Virus record (IMG/VR): IMGVR_UViG_3300024038_000025
Location: 1 to 47,165 of that record
Strand: one strand, 5' to 3'
DNA: 47,165 bases
From: a virus
Taxonomy: Duplodnaviria; Caudoviricetes
Of this stretch, positions 1 through 9,800 are shown in pieces. A program made the translations under genes and the position numbers. The notes under the pieces are model-generated. The model worked only from the letters and a program-made list of their open reading frames with translations. It was not told where the DNA came from and did no database searches. The stretch's first letter is position 1. Every line of letters begins with the position of its first letter.

Positions 1-204
1 ATGGATTGGTTCAAGATATCGCAGTCGCTGCGCATAACGACAAACGAGGGGCTGAACGCAATCATCTCCGCCGGTCTCTGGCGGGTTGAGGTCACGTCGG
101 ACGTCGTCACCATCGGGCTGACGAACGTGCAAGCACGGATCGACCGAGAGCAGTGGGACACGATCCTGCGAGACCGACTCGCGCTTCCCCTACCTTCTCG
201 CTGA
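1..204 (+). CDS. Small hypothetical protein (67 aa), paralogue of 36569..36769
   Basis: Ungapped alignment to the 36569 ORF, 17/63 identities counted by hand. Confidence 0.75.
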   Translation: MDWFKISQSLRITTNEGLNAIISAGLWRVEVTSDVVTIGLTNVQARIDREQWDTILRDRLALPLPSR

Positions 205-246
205 CGAAACTTGGCGACCGAGCCTTCGAGGGCTGATCGCCTTGCC

Positions 247-831
247 TCACCGCTCGATCAACCCCTGTTGGTCGAGCCAATCTCGCATGAAGAGGTAATT
301 CGCTGTCGTCACGGCGGCGTCTGAGGCGAGCCGTTGGCAGTCTTCTGCATCGACTTCGGCCGCAGGTGCATCGGCACCAAGTCCAGCGTCGGCGGGTCCG
401 GCAGCAACGCGGCCGGGATCTTCGGTACCGGCGCGCACTCCATCTGCCTTACCTCGATCTGATTCTGCGGAAGGTCGGCGCACGCGACCAGGGCCATACC
501 GAGCGCGCAGGTCAGTAGTCGTCGCGAGTGAGTCACGGGTTGCCTCCAAGGTGATCGCCGCCTGGCGGGCGGCAAGGGTTCGGTTCTGTTGGGCATTGAG
601 AGCTTCGGCCCGCGCCACAGCGGCTTGTCGCAGCGCCTCTGCGCGATCGCGTTGCGCGACGTCCAGGTTCCACTTCTGCTGGATGCCGGCCGCGCCGGCA
701 GCCTCTCGCCGGTTGCCGTAGGTGTGCACCGCCAAACCGACCATGAGGGCCACGCACACGGCGGCCAGCGCGGGAAGAGCTCGCTTCACGAGCGACACCC
801 AGCCACCCGAGATGAGTGCCAAGGGAATCAA
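247..831 (-). CDS. Rz: Inner-membrane spanin (Rz-like); start uncertain
   Basis: N-terminal TM helix followed by an Ala/Gln coiled coil; directly after the endolysin; nested lipoprotein ORF; TTG at 831 follows the endolysin stop. Confidence 0.8.
   Translation of the reverse strand: MIPLALISGGWVSLVKRALPALAAVCVALMVGLAVHTYGNRREAAGAAGIQQKWNLDVAQRDRAEALRQAAVARAEALNAQQNRTLAARQAAITLEATRDSLATTTDLRARYGPGRVRRPSAESDRGKADGVRAGTEDPGRVAAGPADAGLGADAPAAEVDAEDCQRLASDAAVTTANYLFMRDWLDQQGLIER
309..536 (-). CDS. Rz1: Outer-membrane lipoprotein spanin (Rz1-like), nested in Rz
   Basis: GGAGG RBS before GTG 536; lipobox LVA-C; Pro-rich mature region; alternative frame inside Rz. Confidence 0.8.
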   Translation of the reverse strand: MTHSRRLLTCALGMALVACADLPQNQIEVRQMECAPVPKIPAALLPDPPTLDLVPMHLRPKSMQKTANGSPQTPP

Positions 832-832
832 C

Positions 833-1459
833 TCACACCCCCAGGACGCGGCAGGCGCGGGCGAAGAGTTCGGCGCGACCATCGAGCCCTTCACACTTCG
901 GCCCGTTGATCAGCCGCGTAACGGCCCGCACATCACCGGCGCGTGCCGGGCCCGCGCACTTGTGCTCGGCCCAGAACCAGCCGGCAAGGCGACAGCCGAC
1001 TTCGGGAAGCAGCGCCCGGTCGGGGTTTTGCAGGAGCACCTGCGGATCGCCGAATAGCGCGCGCGACCCAGCGGCGTAGTTGTCCGCGAAGGTCAGCATG
1101 GTCGGGCCGCGTCCGCGATAGCGCCAGCCGTCGCCCGAAGCCTCCGGCCCGTTGCCGTAGCGGCCGGCGTAGGCGCGGTTCGCGATACGCTGCGGCTGGC
1201 CAACGTACGCGGTTGCCTGGTCGATGGACCCAAAGCGCGTCCCGTACACCTGCAGGAGGCGCTGCGGCGTCTTGTAGTTGAGATCTTCCTCCAGACGCCG
1301 GAACTGCTGGCATTCGTAGCCGAGCTGCGCGATCCACATGGCGAACTCTTTGCCGGGCTGGATCTGGAACTCAGCTGCGGCCGCTTCGAGGTGCGGCGCG
1401 AACGTGTCGGCAGCGGCCTCAGCAAGCGGCAGGATGAGGCGGAGCTTATCTGGCGTCAT
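833..1459 (-). CDS. Endolysin, glycoside hydrolase family 19 (chitinase-like)
   Basis: AQLGYE, GDGWRYRGRG, TFADNY and TRLING motifs; start MTPDKL. Confidence 0.93.
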   Translation of the reverse strand: MTPDKLRLILPLAEAAADTFAPHLEAAAAEFQIQPGKEFAMWIAQLGYECQQFRRLEEDLNYKTPQRLLQVYGTRFGSIDQATAYVGQPQRIANRAYAGRYGNGPEASGDGWRYRGRGPTMLTFADNYAAGSRALFGDPQVLLQNPDRALLPEVGCRLAGWFWAEHKCAGPARAGDVRAVTRLINGPKCEGLDGRAELFARACRVLGV

Positions 1460-1772
1460 TCGGGTCCTCCTGGACAATGAGGTCGCGCCACCGACGACGG
1501 CGTGCGCGCTGCGATCGAGGCGGGAAGCTGCGGCGGTCGAACCAAGCGGCCGCGGCGCGCGCGAGCACCAGGCCACCCACGGCGGGCGACGCGACGTGAA
1601 GGCCGAGCCCGGAGTGCGCGAGCGCACACGCGCACGCGACTTCCAGCGAGTAGGCCAGTTGCAGGGGGAGCCGGGTCGTCTTGCTCATGCTGTCGAGCAG
1701 GCAGAGGTCGCGCAGCACCAGGGCGATCGCCGCAGCGACGACGACGGCGTTGAGCACGAAGTGATAGGTCAT
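1446..1772 (-). CDS. Small multi-TM lysis-cassette protein (holin/antiholin-like)
   Basis: ~3 hydrophobic segments, basic C-terminal tail, overlaps the endolysin start. Confidence 0.6.
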   Translation of the reverse strand: MTYHFVLNAVVVAAAIALVLRDLCLLDSMSKTTRLPLQLAYSLEVACACALAHSGLGLHVASPAVGGLVLARAAAAWFDRRSFPPRSQRARRRRWRDLIVQEDPNDAR

Positions 1773-2116
1773 TGAGCAGGGCCCTCCTCAGACCGGTCCG
1801 TGCGATCGCCACGCAGGCGTCGCCACGCTCCGATTGGATCCTCGAAGATCTTGGTCACGGCCGCGGCCACCACCAGGCCGAAGAAGCCGCACAGAAACGC
1901 CAGAGCCCCCCAAAGCGACGAGGGCCAGTGCAGGTAAAACGCAATGAGCGGCGGCATCGCTTGCGAGAACCCGAGGGCGGTACCGAAGGCAACGACACGT
2001 CCGCCCAGGCCGAGGTGGCGCGCGCGTGCGAGCGCGAGCGCGCTGCCCCATGCGCCGAGGCCGTAGAACGAGAGCTGGCCCAGCAGGTTGGACGATTCCG
2101 GATCGGGTGCGGGCAT
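1769..2116 (-). CDS. Putative holin
   Basis: 3 TM segments, charged C-terminus, first gene of the lysis cassette, AAGGAG RBS. Confidence 0.7.
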   Translation of the reverse strand: MPAPDPESSNLLGQLSFYGLGAWGSALALARARHLGLGGRVVAFGTALGFSQAMPPLIAFYLHWPSSLWGALAFLCGFFGLVVAAAVTKIFEDPIGAWRRLRGDRTDRSEEGPAQ

Positions 2117-2138
2117 GCTGCCGGTCTCCTTTTCTTGT

Positions 2139-2360
2139 CTAGATTTCGATTTCGAGGGTGGGCAGGTTCGGTGCGGCGCCTTCAATGACGCCGTCGCGAA
2201 TGAAGACGCAGGCGTCCACCTCCGCGACTCCGCGAACGGACAGGCGACTGCCGTCGGGCAGCTCCACCAACGTGCCGGACTCGTCGGACGTCAGGACGAC
2301 GCCGACCAAAAGCGCCGCGTCGGGGATCAGCGCCTTGAAGGCGATCCATGCATTAGGCAT
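2139..2360 (-). CDS. Small tail-tip-associated protein
   Basis: Translationally coupled to the 618 aa tail gene; VELPDG...VFIRDGVIEG pattern typical of this tail module. Confidence 0.7.
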   Translation of the reverse strand: MPNAWIAFKALIPDAALLVGVVLTSDESGTLVELPDGSRLSVRGVAEVDACVFIRDGVIEGAAPNLPTLEIEI

Positions 2361-4209
2361 GCGTCTCAACCTCCACGGTCTGACGCACCTTCGGCCGCGT
2401 GACGGACACAGAAGAGCCGCGAACAAGGCCGCGGCGCGTCGAGTCGCCATCGCTGTACTCGAGGAAGGTGCCGACATCGATCACACCGGTCTCGGGCAGC
2501 ACCTGCAGCTCGAGCGTGACCAAAGACTGGCGGCCAACGTCGGAGAGCACCGCACGGCCGCGCTGGCGGATTGCGGCGGCATCGGTCATGAGAGCGTCCG
2601 TGACCATCGGCGCGACGCGATCGCCCGCCGTGCCTTGACGCTTCACGTGGCCGAGATAGCCGGCGCCCTCCCCGCTCACATAGACGGCGTTGTAGAGAGC
2701 CTTGTCCTGCATCGCGATGCCTTCGACGCTCACGGGGTCGGGCGGCAACACGAGGGCCAGTGTCTCGTCGCCCCACTCCCAAGGCGCCGTCGGATAGCGA
2801 TGCAGCACCGACAGCTGGCGTGCAGCACGCGCGCTGCGCACGTAGCCGCCCGCCGCCTCTGCAATGCGCTTGACCGCGTCGATCGGTGCGCCTTGGAAGG
2901 ACCAGACGCCGGCCGGAACGAGCCAGTCTTCGATCTGCCAATCGAGAGACCAGCCCAATGGCAGCACTTCGGCTGCCAGTTGCTGGGCCGTCCGCAGTTC
3001 CGAGTTCGACCAGACGCCCGACGGTGACTGCGGCGAGCCCAGCTCGGCGGCCCAACCACGGCCGGAGATCTGCAAGCGCCGCTCGCCGAAGCGCCGGCTG
3101 CGGCTCACCGACTCCACGAGCACGCGGAAGGCTTGGCCGTTGATGCTGGCTTCCAGCAGGACCGGGTCCGGCGCCGGCATGACGTCATCCATCGCCGTCG
3201 CCGGCAGAGTGGCCTGGAACGAGCCCGTCCAACTGTCGGCGTCGAAGGTGAGGGACAGCGTGAGAGCCTCAAGCAACAGCCCGTCCGCAACCCGGACCAG
3301 CACAACGTCATTGACCACGATGTAGCTCCGCAACACGGGCACCACGACCGGCGCAGTTCCACCGCCGCGGCGCTCACAGATGAAAAGAAGGTCGCGCGCG
3401 CCGCGCCATGCCTCGTCGAAAACGAGGTGCGCCGACGGTACGTAGCAAGGTTCGGGCGGCTCGGGCGGCTCAACCGTTCGGACTCCGTGCAGTGGCCACC
3501 TGGCCAACTGCCAGCGGACGCGCGACGCGCGCCGGCGGGGGAGCGCAACCGAGAAGCCGCCGCAGTAAAGCCGTGCGAGGGCTTGCGCCTGTTGCCAGTC
3601 GGTGGCGCGTAGCCGATGCCGAGGGATGCGCTGCTGCCAGCGCTCGCGGACTTCCGTCCCGAGCTGCATTACCTGTTGCCAGACGGCCATCGCCCGCCTG
3701 GTCGCGGGAACCATGAGCGCCCAGGCAAGCGCCGCCGCAGCGGCGGTTCGTTGGGTATGCGCCCAGCCCGAATGCACAGTTCTCGGTGCTGCCTGCAGCA
3801 CCCCCATGCTCACGCGGGTCGGCTCCGAGCGGCGCACGCCTTCCTGCCATGCGGCGACGCCAGCGCTTTGTAGGTTCTGCGTATCCCCATGTCGCGCGGC
3901 AAGGGCGCGGGCAACGGCCTCAGCGGGCTGCCACGCGGTCTTCGAATTGACTGCAGGCCCTCGCGCCACAGCGTTGTCGTAGCTGGCGCTGGCCCGCATG
4001 CGAAGCGAACGGAGCTGGCCGCGGATCGCGACATTGACGGGTGCGCCGGTGGCGGTAGCGGTGACGGCGAGCGCGAGCCGACCCAGCCGGCCCTGCACCG
4101 CAACGGCGATGTCATCCGACTCAGGGCCATCGTCCCCGAAGACGAGATCCGCGCCCGCGGCGGCGGGCAGCCGGAAGACGAGATCGGAATCGGATTCGGC
4201 CGCCATCAC
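2353..4209 (-). CDS. Tail tip / hub-type minor tail protein (618 aa)
   Basis: Position in tail operon; Trp-repeat N-terminal half; hub-like C-terminal half (WLVPAGVWS, YNAVYVSG). Confidence 0.75.
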   Translation of the reverse strand: MMAAESDSDLVFRLPAAAGADLVFGDDGPESDDIAVAVQGRLGRLALAVTATATGAPVNVAIRGQLRSLRMRASASYDNAVARGPAVNSKTAWQPAEAVARALAARHGDTQNLQSAGVAAWQEGVRRSEPTRVSMGVLQAAPRTVHSGWAHTQRTAAAAALAWALMVPATRRAMAVWQQVMQLGTEVRERWQQRIPRHRLRATDWQQAQALARLYCGGFSVALPRRRASRVRWQLARWPLHGVRTVEPPEPPEPCYVPSAHLVFDEAWRGARDLLFICERRGGGTAPVVVPVLRSYIVVNDVVLVRVADGLLLEALTLSLTFDADSWTGSFQATLPATAMDDVMPAPDPVLLEASINGQAFRVLVESVSRSRRFGERRLQISGRGWAAELGSPQSPSGVWSNSELRTAQQLAAEVLPLGWSLDWQIEDWLVPAGVWSFQGAPIDAVKRIAEAAGGYVRSARAARQLSVLHRYPTAPWEWGDETLALVLPPDPVSVEGIAMQDKALYNAVYVSGEGAGYLGHVKRQGTAGDRVAPMVTDALMTDAAAIRQRGRAVLSDVGRQSLVTLELQVLPETGVIDVGTFLEYSDGDSTRRGLVRGSSVSVTRPKVRQTVEVETHA

Positions 4210-4622
4210 GCCTCGGTGAACGTGCCGGACACGAGAACAACGAAGGCGCCGGAGAACACGTCGACGCGTGACAGCAGGATTTCCTGCGGCTGAGTGCCGG
4301 AGCCATCGGCCAGCGCGACATCGCAGTCGATGAGCGGTGTGCCAGCGCCGTCCACGATGCGCGCCCAGGTTGCCGTCCCGTCGGCTGTCACCTGCGAGGG
4401 GTCGGCCGGGATCGCGAGTGTGAGCGCCGTGGGCGTAGCGGTGCCGCAGGGCTTGGCCAGCGTGATACGCACCAGCGGCGGAGTGGAAGGCCAGGCGCCG
4501 AGCGAGGAGGCCCGCGCGCCACCATAGACCCAGATCTGCGCCGGATCGCTCGCCGCGTCAAAGGCGCCCGCCAGAGCCTGGAAACGCGCTTGCAGGATCG
4601 CGTCGGAGACGAGCAGCGTCAT
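4206..4622 (-). CDS. Minor tail protein
   Basis: DGTATWARIVDG motif common in virion proteins; coupled to neighbours. Confidence 0.7.
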   Translation of the reverse strand: MTLLVSDAILQARFQALAGAFDAASDPAQIWVYGGARASSLGAWPSTPPLVRITLAKPCGTATPTALTLAIPADPSQVTADGTATWARIVDGAGTPLIDCDVALADGSGTQPQEILLSRVDVFSGAFVVLVSGTFTEA

Positions 4623-5671
4623 GCCAGCACCGCCTGCAGGTTGTCCGCGGCGACCGCGCGGTAGTTGTGCAGGTAGTCGCTCGCAATCACGGTGTAGCGA
4701 CCGGCTGGGTCCAGCTCGGTGAAGGTGTAGTTGCCGGCCGCATCTGACCACGTCGAAGCAACCACCTGCCGCGCGGCCTCGTCGATCAGAAGCACTTGGC
4801 GGGAGAGTGGCGTGTTGGCCGGGCTGTGCTTTTCCTTGACGGTGCCGACGATCACGCCGCCATAGGGGCGCATCAAGTTCGCAAGGCGTCGAGGGCGCGG
4901 CGCGGAAAGTGGCTGCACGGGCGCGACGGGCAGATTCACTACGTCCGGGGCCCGTACCGCTTGTGCATCCCCATAGTTGCCGACGTCTGCAAAGGGGGCT
5001 GTCGCGACCGTGTAGTTGCCACCGACATCGTCCGTGGCGCCGTAGAGCATTCGGAACTCGTCGAAGTAGATCGTCCCGAAGCCCACCGTGCTTTGATTGC
5101 CGAGGACGATACGACCGTCACCGGTGTAGCCACCCACCCCGAGCGCGCTATTTGCAGCCTCCTGAACGCCGTTGACATAAAGACGCCAGTTGTTGAACGC
5201 CATGACCATGCGGACCGCATACCAGGTGTTCGCCAAGACCGTGGTCGTGGAGACCAGAGTGCCATTGGCGCCGCCAAGCTGAAACTTGCCGTTGTTGACC
5301 TGAAAGTTGGCCCACAGGTTGCTGGTGATGAAGTTGGTAGTGCCGGACGCAATCGACGAGAACTTCACGCGGAAGTCGAACTGGATATCTCCGCTTGGGC
5401 GCACCAGGGCGCCCCCCGATGGCCACTGATCCATCGTCACCTGACCGTTGCCATAGGTCAGACGCAACGCGCTACTCACGGGGACAGCGAGGCAGCTCGA
5501 TCCGATGGCGCTCTGGGCCGTGGTGATCGTCGGGTCGGCCCCCGTGCCTTGTTTCTCGGCGAGGACGCCGCCCCAGCCACCGTTCTTGATGAGAGTGCTG
5601 CCGTTCGCCCCCTCGAAGTGAAGCTGGAGCTGGATTGCCCGGTCGAGCGGGTTGATTGCGATCGCGGCCAC
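4619..5671 (-). CDS. Tail fibre / receptor-binding protein with LamG-like lectin domain
   Basis: LHFEGANGST, NTWYAV, LYVNG and YFDEFR LamG motifs; C-terminal adaptor (TWSDAAGNYTF). Confidence 0.8.
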   Translation of the reverse strand: MAAIAINPLDRAIQLQLHFEGANGSTLIKNGGWGGVLAEKQGTGADPTITTAQSAIGSSCLAVPVSSALRLTYGNGQVTMDQWPSGGALVRPSGDIQFDFRVKFSSIASGTTNFITSNLWANFQVNNGKFQLGGANGTLVSTTTVLANTWYAVRMVMAFNNWRLYVNGVQEAANSALGVGGYTGDGRIVLGNQSTVGFGTIYFDEFRMLYGATDDVGGNYTVATAPFADVGNYGDAQAVRAPDVVNLPVAPVQPLSAPRPRRLANLMRPYGGVIVGTVKEKHSPANTPLSRQVLLIDEAARQVVASTWSDAAGNYTFTELDPAGRYTVIASDYLHNYRAVAADNLQAVLA

Positions 5672-5674
5672 CGC

Positions 5675-6868
5675 TTACCTCCACGGGCCGGTGAGGTCTG
5701 CGGCCACAACCCCGATGGCCGCGGTGGCCGAGCCGTTGCCCGGACGCAGTGCAATCAACGTGCGGCCCACGAGCGCCGCCGTGGCGGGCATCTTGTCCTT
5801 GTTCTGGAACGTCTCGCCCAGCGCCTGTGGCATGTGCATGATGCCGGGCAGCTCGCCGCGCAGTGCCGAGCCCGACACTTGGTCTTCCAGCATCCGGACG
5901 CGCTCGTAGTAGAGCCCCCCATCCGGGCCGTTCGGGAAGGCAACGAAGGGGCCGCTGGCACCACCGCCGGACCACGCCACGCCGTTACGCAGGTACAGGT
6001 TCGCGTTTCCGAGCCGCACCGAAGAGCCAAGGCCGGTGTAGCTACGCGGCGCAAACCTTCCGCTGGTCGTCTGGTTGTAGTTGCTGTAGCCCAGGCACCC
6101 CGGGTAACTCGCGCTGCTCGTGAGGCCCGTATCGGTGGCAGTCTGTCCCGATACAAACCACGAGTAGGCAGAATCGGCCGAGTTATTCGGGATCATGTCG
6201 CCGAAGCCCGCCAGGAGACCTTTGACGGGGGCAAAGCTGTTGGGCATCAGCAGGATGTAGAACGTCCGGTCATCCGCGACTAGTACCCACTCCCGCGCCG
6301 TAGTGTTGGCTGTGGTGGATTTCGGCCAGAACAAGCCACCGGAGACTTGCGTGTCGGTGGGGGTCGGGCCGGTGCCGGTGTTCACGTCCGACATCGTTTC
6401 GTAGCCGCGGACGCGCGCTTGCTGGGCGGCCGTGTCATCGACGCGCAGGACGCCGCCTGTGGCCGCCACGTTCGCCGACTTGTACGCGGCGAGGTTGGTG
6501 CCGGCGTACAGCTTAGTGAAGCCGGCGGGCGTGAGTTTGGCCGTGATCGTGCCGGTGGCCGCTCCATCGGCGATGCCACCCGCGTCAAAGGTGAAGGCGG
6601 TAGTTGTCGCGGAGAGGACCTTCTTTTCGCCCGTGAGCCCGCTGGGCGTGGCCCCTGCGATCGTGACGCAGGTGCCTTTCTCGAAGATGTGCCCGCTGGC
6701 GATCGTGGCAGTGGCGATGCCGCCGGCCACCACGATGGAATCCACGCTCTTGAGCCCGAAGCCATCGACCAAGCAGGCGTCGAGTACCGCGATCAGTGCG
6801 CCCGTGGTGCCCGAGAGCACGGGGGCGCCAGTCATGGCGGAGTGGAAATACTTGATGTTTGCGCTCAT
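5675..6868 (-). CDS. Minor tail / tail fibre protein (397 aa)
   Basis: GAPVLSGTTGALIAVLDACLVDGFG N-terminus typical of virion proteins; Gly/Ala/Thr-rich. Confidence 0.75.
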   Translation of the reverse strand: MSANIKYFHSAMTGAPVLSGTTGALIAVLDACLVDGFGLKSVDSIVVAGGIATATIASGHIFEKGTCVTIAGATPSGLTGEKKVLSATTTAFTFDAGGIADGAATGTITAKLTPAGFTKLYAGTNLAAYKSANVAATGGVLRVDDTAAQQARVRGYETMSDVNTGTGPTPTDTQVSGGLFWPKSTTANTTAREWVLVADDRTFYILLMPNSFAPVKGLLAGFGDMIPNNSADSAYSWFVSGQTATDTGLTSSASYPGCLGYSNYNQTTSGRFAPRSYTGLGSSVRLGNANLYLRNGVAWSGGGASGPFVAFPNGPDGGLYYERVRMLEDQVSGSALRGELPGIMHMPQALGETFQNKDKMPATAALVGRTLIALRPGNGSATAAIGVVAADLTGPWR

Positions 6869-6880
6869 GAAAGTCTCTCG

Positions 6881-9800
6881 TCAGGGGCGGTCGATGTCGC
6901 CGCGGACCATGATGGAAAAGCCGTCGTCCTGAGCCGTAGCCGGCCCTTGCTGTACGGTGCGCACCGCCCACAGCACGCCCAAGGCGCCCACGGTGTTAAA
7001 GCGCAGCGCGTTGCCTGCGGCCCAGCCGCTGCCCCAGCCCGCCGCCGCGAGCGTGAAATAGGGCTTGCCGTTGTTTGGGTTGAGCGGCGCGCAGTCGCTG
7101 CTGACGTTGCCCACCGCGATCTGGCCGACGTGCTCGCCGATCACGTAGAAGCTCGTGGTGTTGGTGAAGACCACGGCCCACCGCTCGCTGATGGCGCCCT
7201 CATTGGTGACCGCCAGCGGGTACTGCACGTCGTTGTAGCTGGCGGGCGCGCCAGACCCGGTGACTGCGTCGGCCCAGGCATTGCCCCAGGTCTGCTGATC
7301 GAACAACGTGGATACCCGCGCCTTGAGGTTGCCGTTGTCGTTGAAGTACAGGGCCGAGGACACGAGCGCGCCTTCCGGGTAGTCGTGGCTCGCGGCGCGG
7401 GCGAAGGTGAGTCGGCCATTGATCTGGACGTCCTGGACTCGCAGCGCGTCTTCGATGCGGTGCTGGACGGCGACGGGCTGGTGATAGCCCGAGACATCGA
7501 CAAACGTCACCGTGCCCGCGTCCAGGTCCTCGGTGAAGCCGGACTGGATCTCGACACCGTCGCCGCCCAGGACGCGCACGCGGGAGAGCCGCGTACGGCC
7601 GCAGTTGATCGTGGTGCCGTTCGCAACGGTTTGCGGCGCGGTCTTGGCGGTGTGATGCAGCACCACCGCTTCGCCCTTGCGGTAGATCGGCACGCGGCCA
7701 TCGGTCGGGAGCCGCACCGGGTTGATACCGATGAGCGCGGCATCGAGCGGCAGGTAGGCGTAACCGACCGCCGAGAAGCGAATCGTGTCCGCGAGGACCA
7801 GGCCGACGCTGGTTGTCGCGGTGGCAGTGCCGGCGGGCACAGCGCCACTGCCGGAGTAGCCGTTGTAGCCGGTGGCCACTCCGGCCGAGTAGGTCGGGTA
7901 CGTGACCGTGCGCGCCCCGGCGGACGACGCGAAGGTGACTGAGCCAACACCGGTCTCATAGTTGATGGAGCCAGAGACGCGCGTGCCGGAGATGACCCCG
8001 TCGGCATTCGCCGTGCCACTGACGGTGTCGCCTTCCGCGGTCTGCGCGGTGATGCTGAAGCTGCCGGGGCGCAGGGGCGCGACCGGTGTGCGGAACGCGA
8101 TCTCCGAGACCTTCGACGCTGCGAGCTTGGACAACGCACTGGCGACCGTGACAGCCGGCGCGACCGTGAGCCAGTCGCCCAGGGCGACCAGACGCGCGTC
8201 GCGGTCGATCGTGCCGCGCTGAGCGCCGCTGCCGGTGGTGGGATCGAGATCCGAGGACACCGCGACGCCAGACTGCGCGTCACGCAGCGTCCAGGTGCCC
8301 AAGGTCGCAATCAGGTTGCCGGCGGACAGCGGCGAACCATCACCCGGGACGCGGAACTGCAGCGTGTCCGGCGTGACGTCCTTCGTCGCAGGCGTCGCGG
8401 CCCCGGTGGTGTAGCTCGCCGTGATGGCGGCCGCCCCGACAATGCTGCCGGCCTGTTCCCGAGTGGCATAGCCCAGCACCACCCACATCTGGCCGCCGTC
8501 GATGCCGGTGCGCGGGGCGACCACCGCGTCGCGGAAGACCTTCACGGGTGATGCGATGGTGCGGGCGAACTGGACGAGGCCCGTGGTGTAGTTGATGGCG
8601 CCCACAGGCGCCTGGGAGCCGTCCTCATACTGCAGGTAGATCGTGCCGCTGTCTCCGATGCCGTTGGGCGCGTCCGAGATGTTGTACAGCGCGACTTGAT
8701 CGACCAGGTTGAAGGTCTGCTCGGACGTGACCTTGCGTGTGACGGGTAGCTGCGAGCGGAACGTACCCCGCACGATCGGGGCCGGGAAGGTGGCCGACCA
8801 GGTCGTGCCGTCCGAACCCCCGGACATGAAGATGTTCGAGACCGGGGCGCCGCCCTTGTAGCTCACGTGAAAGGCGGTGCCCTTGGGCGGCAGCGTGTTC
8901 GGGCTGATCCGCACGCGTCCCGCGGCACGGTCGACCGTACCCGTGCCATCGCCCGAGAAGGTGCCGCCCGCCTCGGTTGCGGTACGTGCCGCGCCGTCGT
9001 TCCAGGTGACGACTACGCCCGCCTCCATGATCGGACTGCCCACGTCGATCTCGAAGTAGGCGGTGGCGGTCTGCGCACCTTCGATGCCCTTGACGCCGGC
9101 GTTGCTCGCCCAGCTCACGAGAATGGCGCTGCCGACGTCCGGCAGAGCGCCCAAGGTGATCGTCGCGGTGCCGGTCGAGGGCGACAGGCTGCCGGCGCCG
9201 TAGCCGCTGTCCAGACCTCGCAATGCGCCCGAGCCGTCATCGATCAGCTCGTACCAGGCGCCGAGCGCCATGTACGCGATGCGCAGCGTGCCGGGCGCAG
9301 GCATGGGATCGAGCGTTAGCACCAGTGTGGCGGACTGGTTTTCCGCCGTGACGGAGATGGCCTTGGTCTGCGTGGGCGCCAGGGGTGCTGTGGCCGGCCG
9401 GTAGGTGATGGTCTTGGCGCCAGCGTACGTCGGGCCACCCGCGGCGAGGCTGGCCACGCCGTTGACGTAGTCGATGGTGCCGACTTGGTCACCCGTCGCA
9501 GTCACCAGGGCCGCGCCGCGGTCGGTAATGGTGGCGGCTCCCGAGACGACCTTGAAGCTGCCCGGTTTGATGCTCCCGCCGACACACAGGGCCGTTGCAG
9601 GCGACCAGGTCGCGCTCGTGTTGATCGTGACGTCCGCGTTTGCCGCGGCGGCGAGCGCTGCGACCGAGCTGGTGGGCGTCGCATCGGCGATCGGGATGTC
9701 GGTCTGGGCGCTGGGCACCACCTGCGCATAAACGCCTTCCACATGCGCGATCAGGTCGCCCACCTCGACGGCTTGGGCCAGCGGCTTGGCGCCGTAGTAG

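Noticed and set aside
4619-6868. DGR or invertible tail-fibre cassette
   Set aside because: No reverse transcriptase, invertase, template/variable repeat pair or inverted crossover sites seen.
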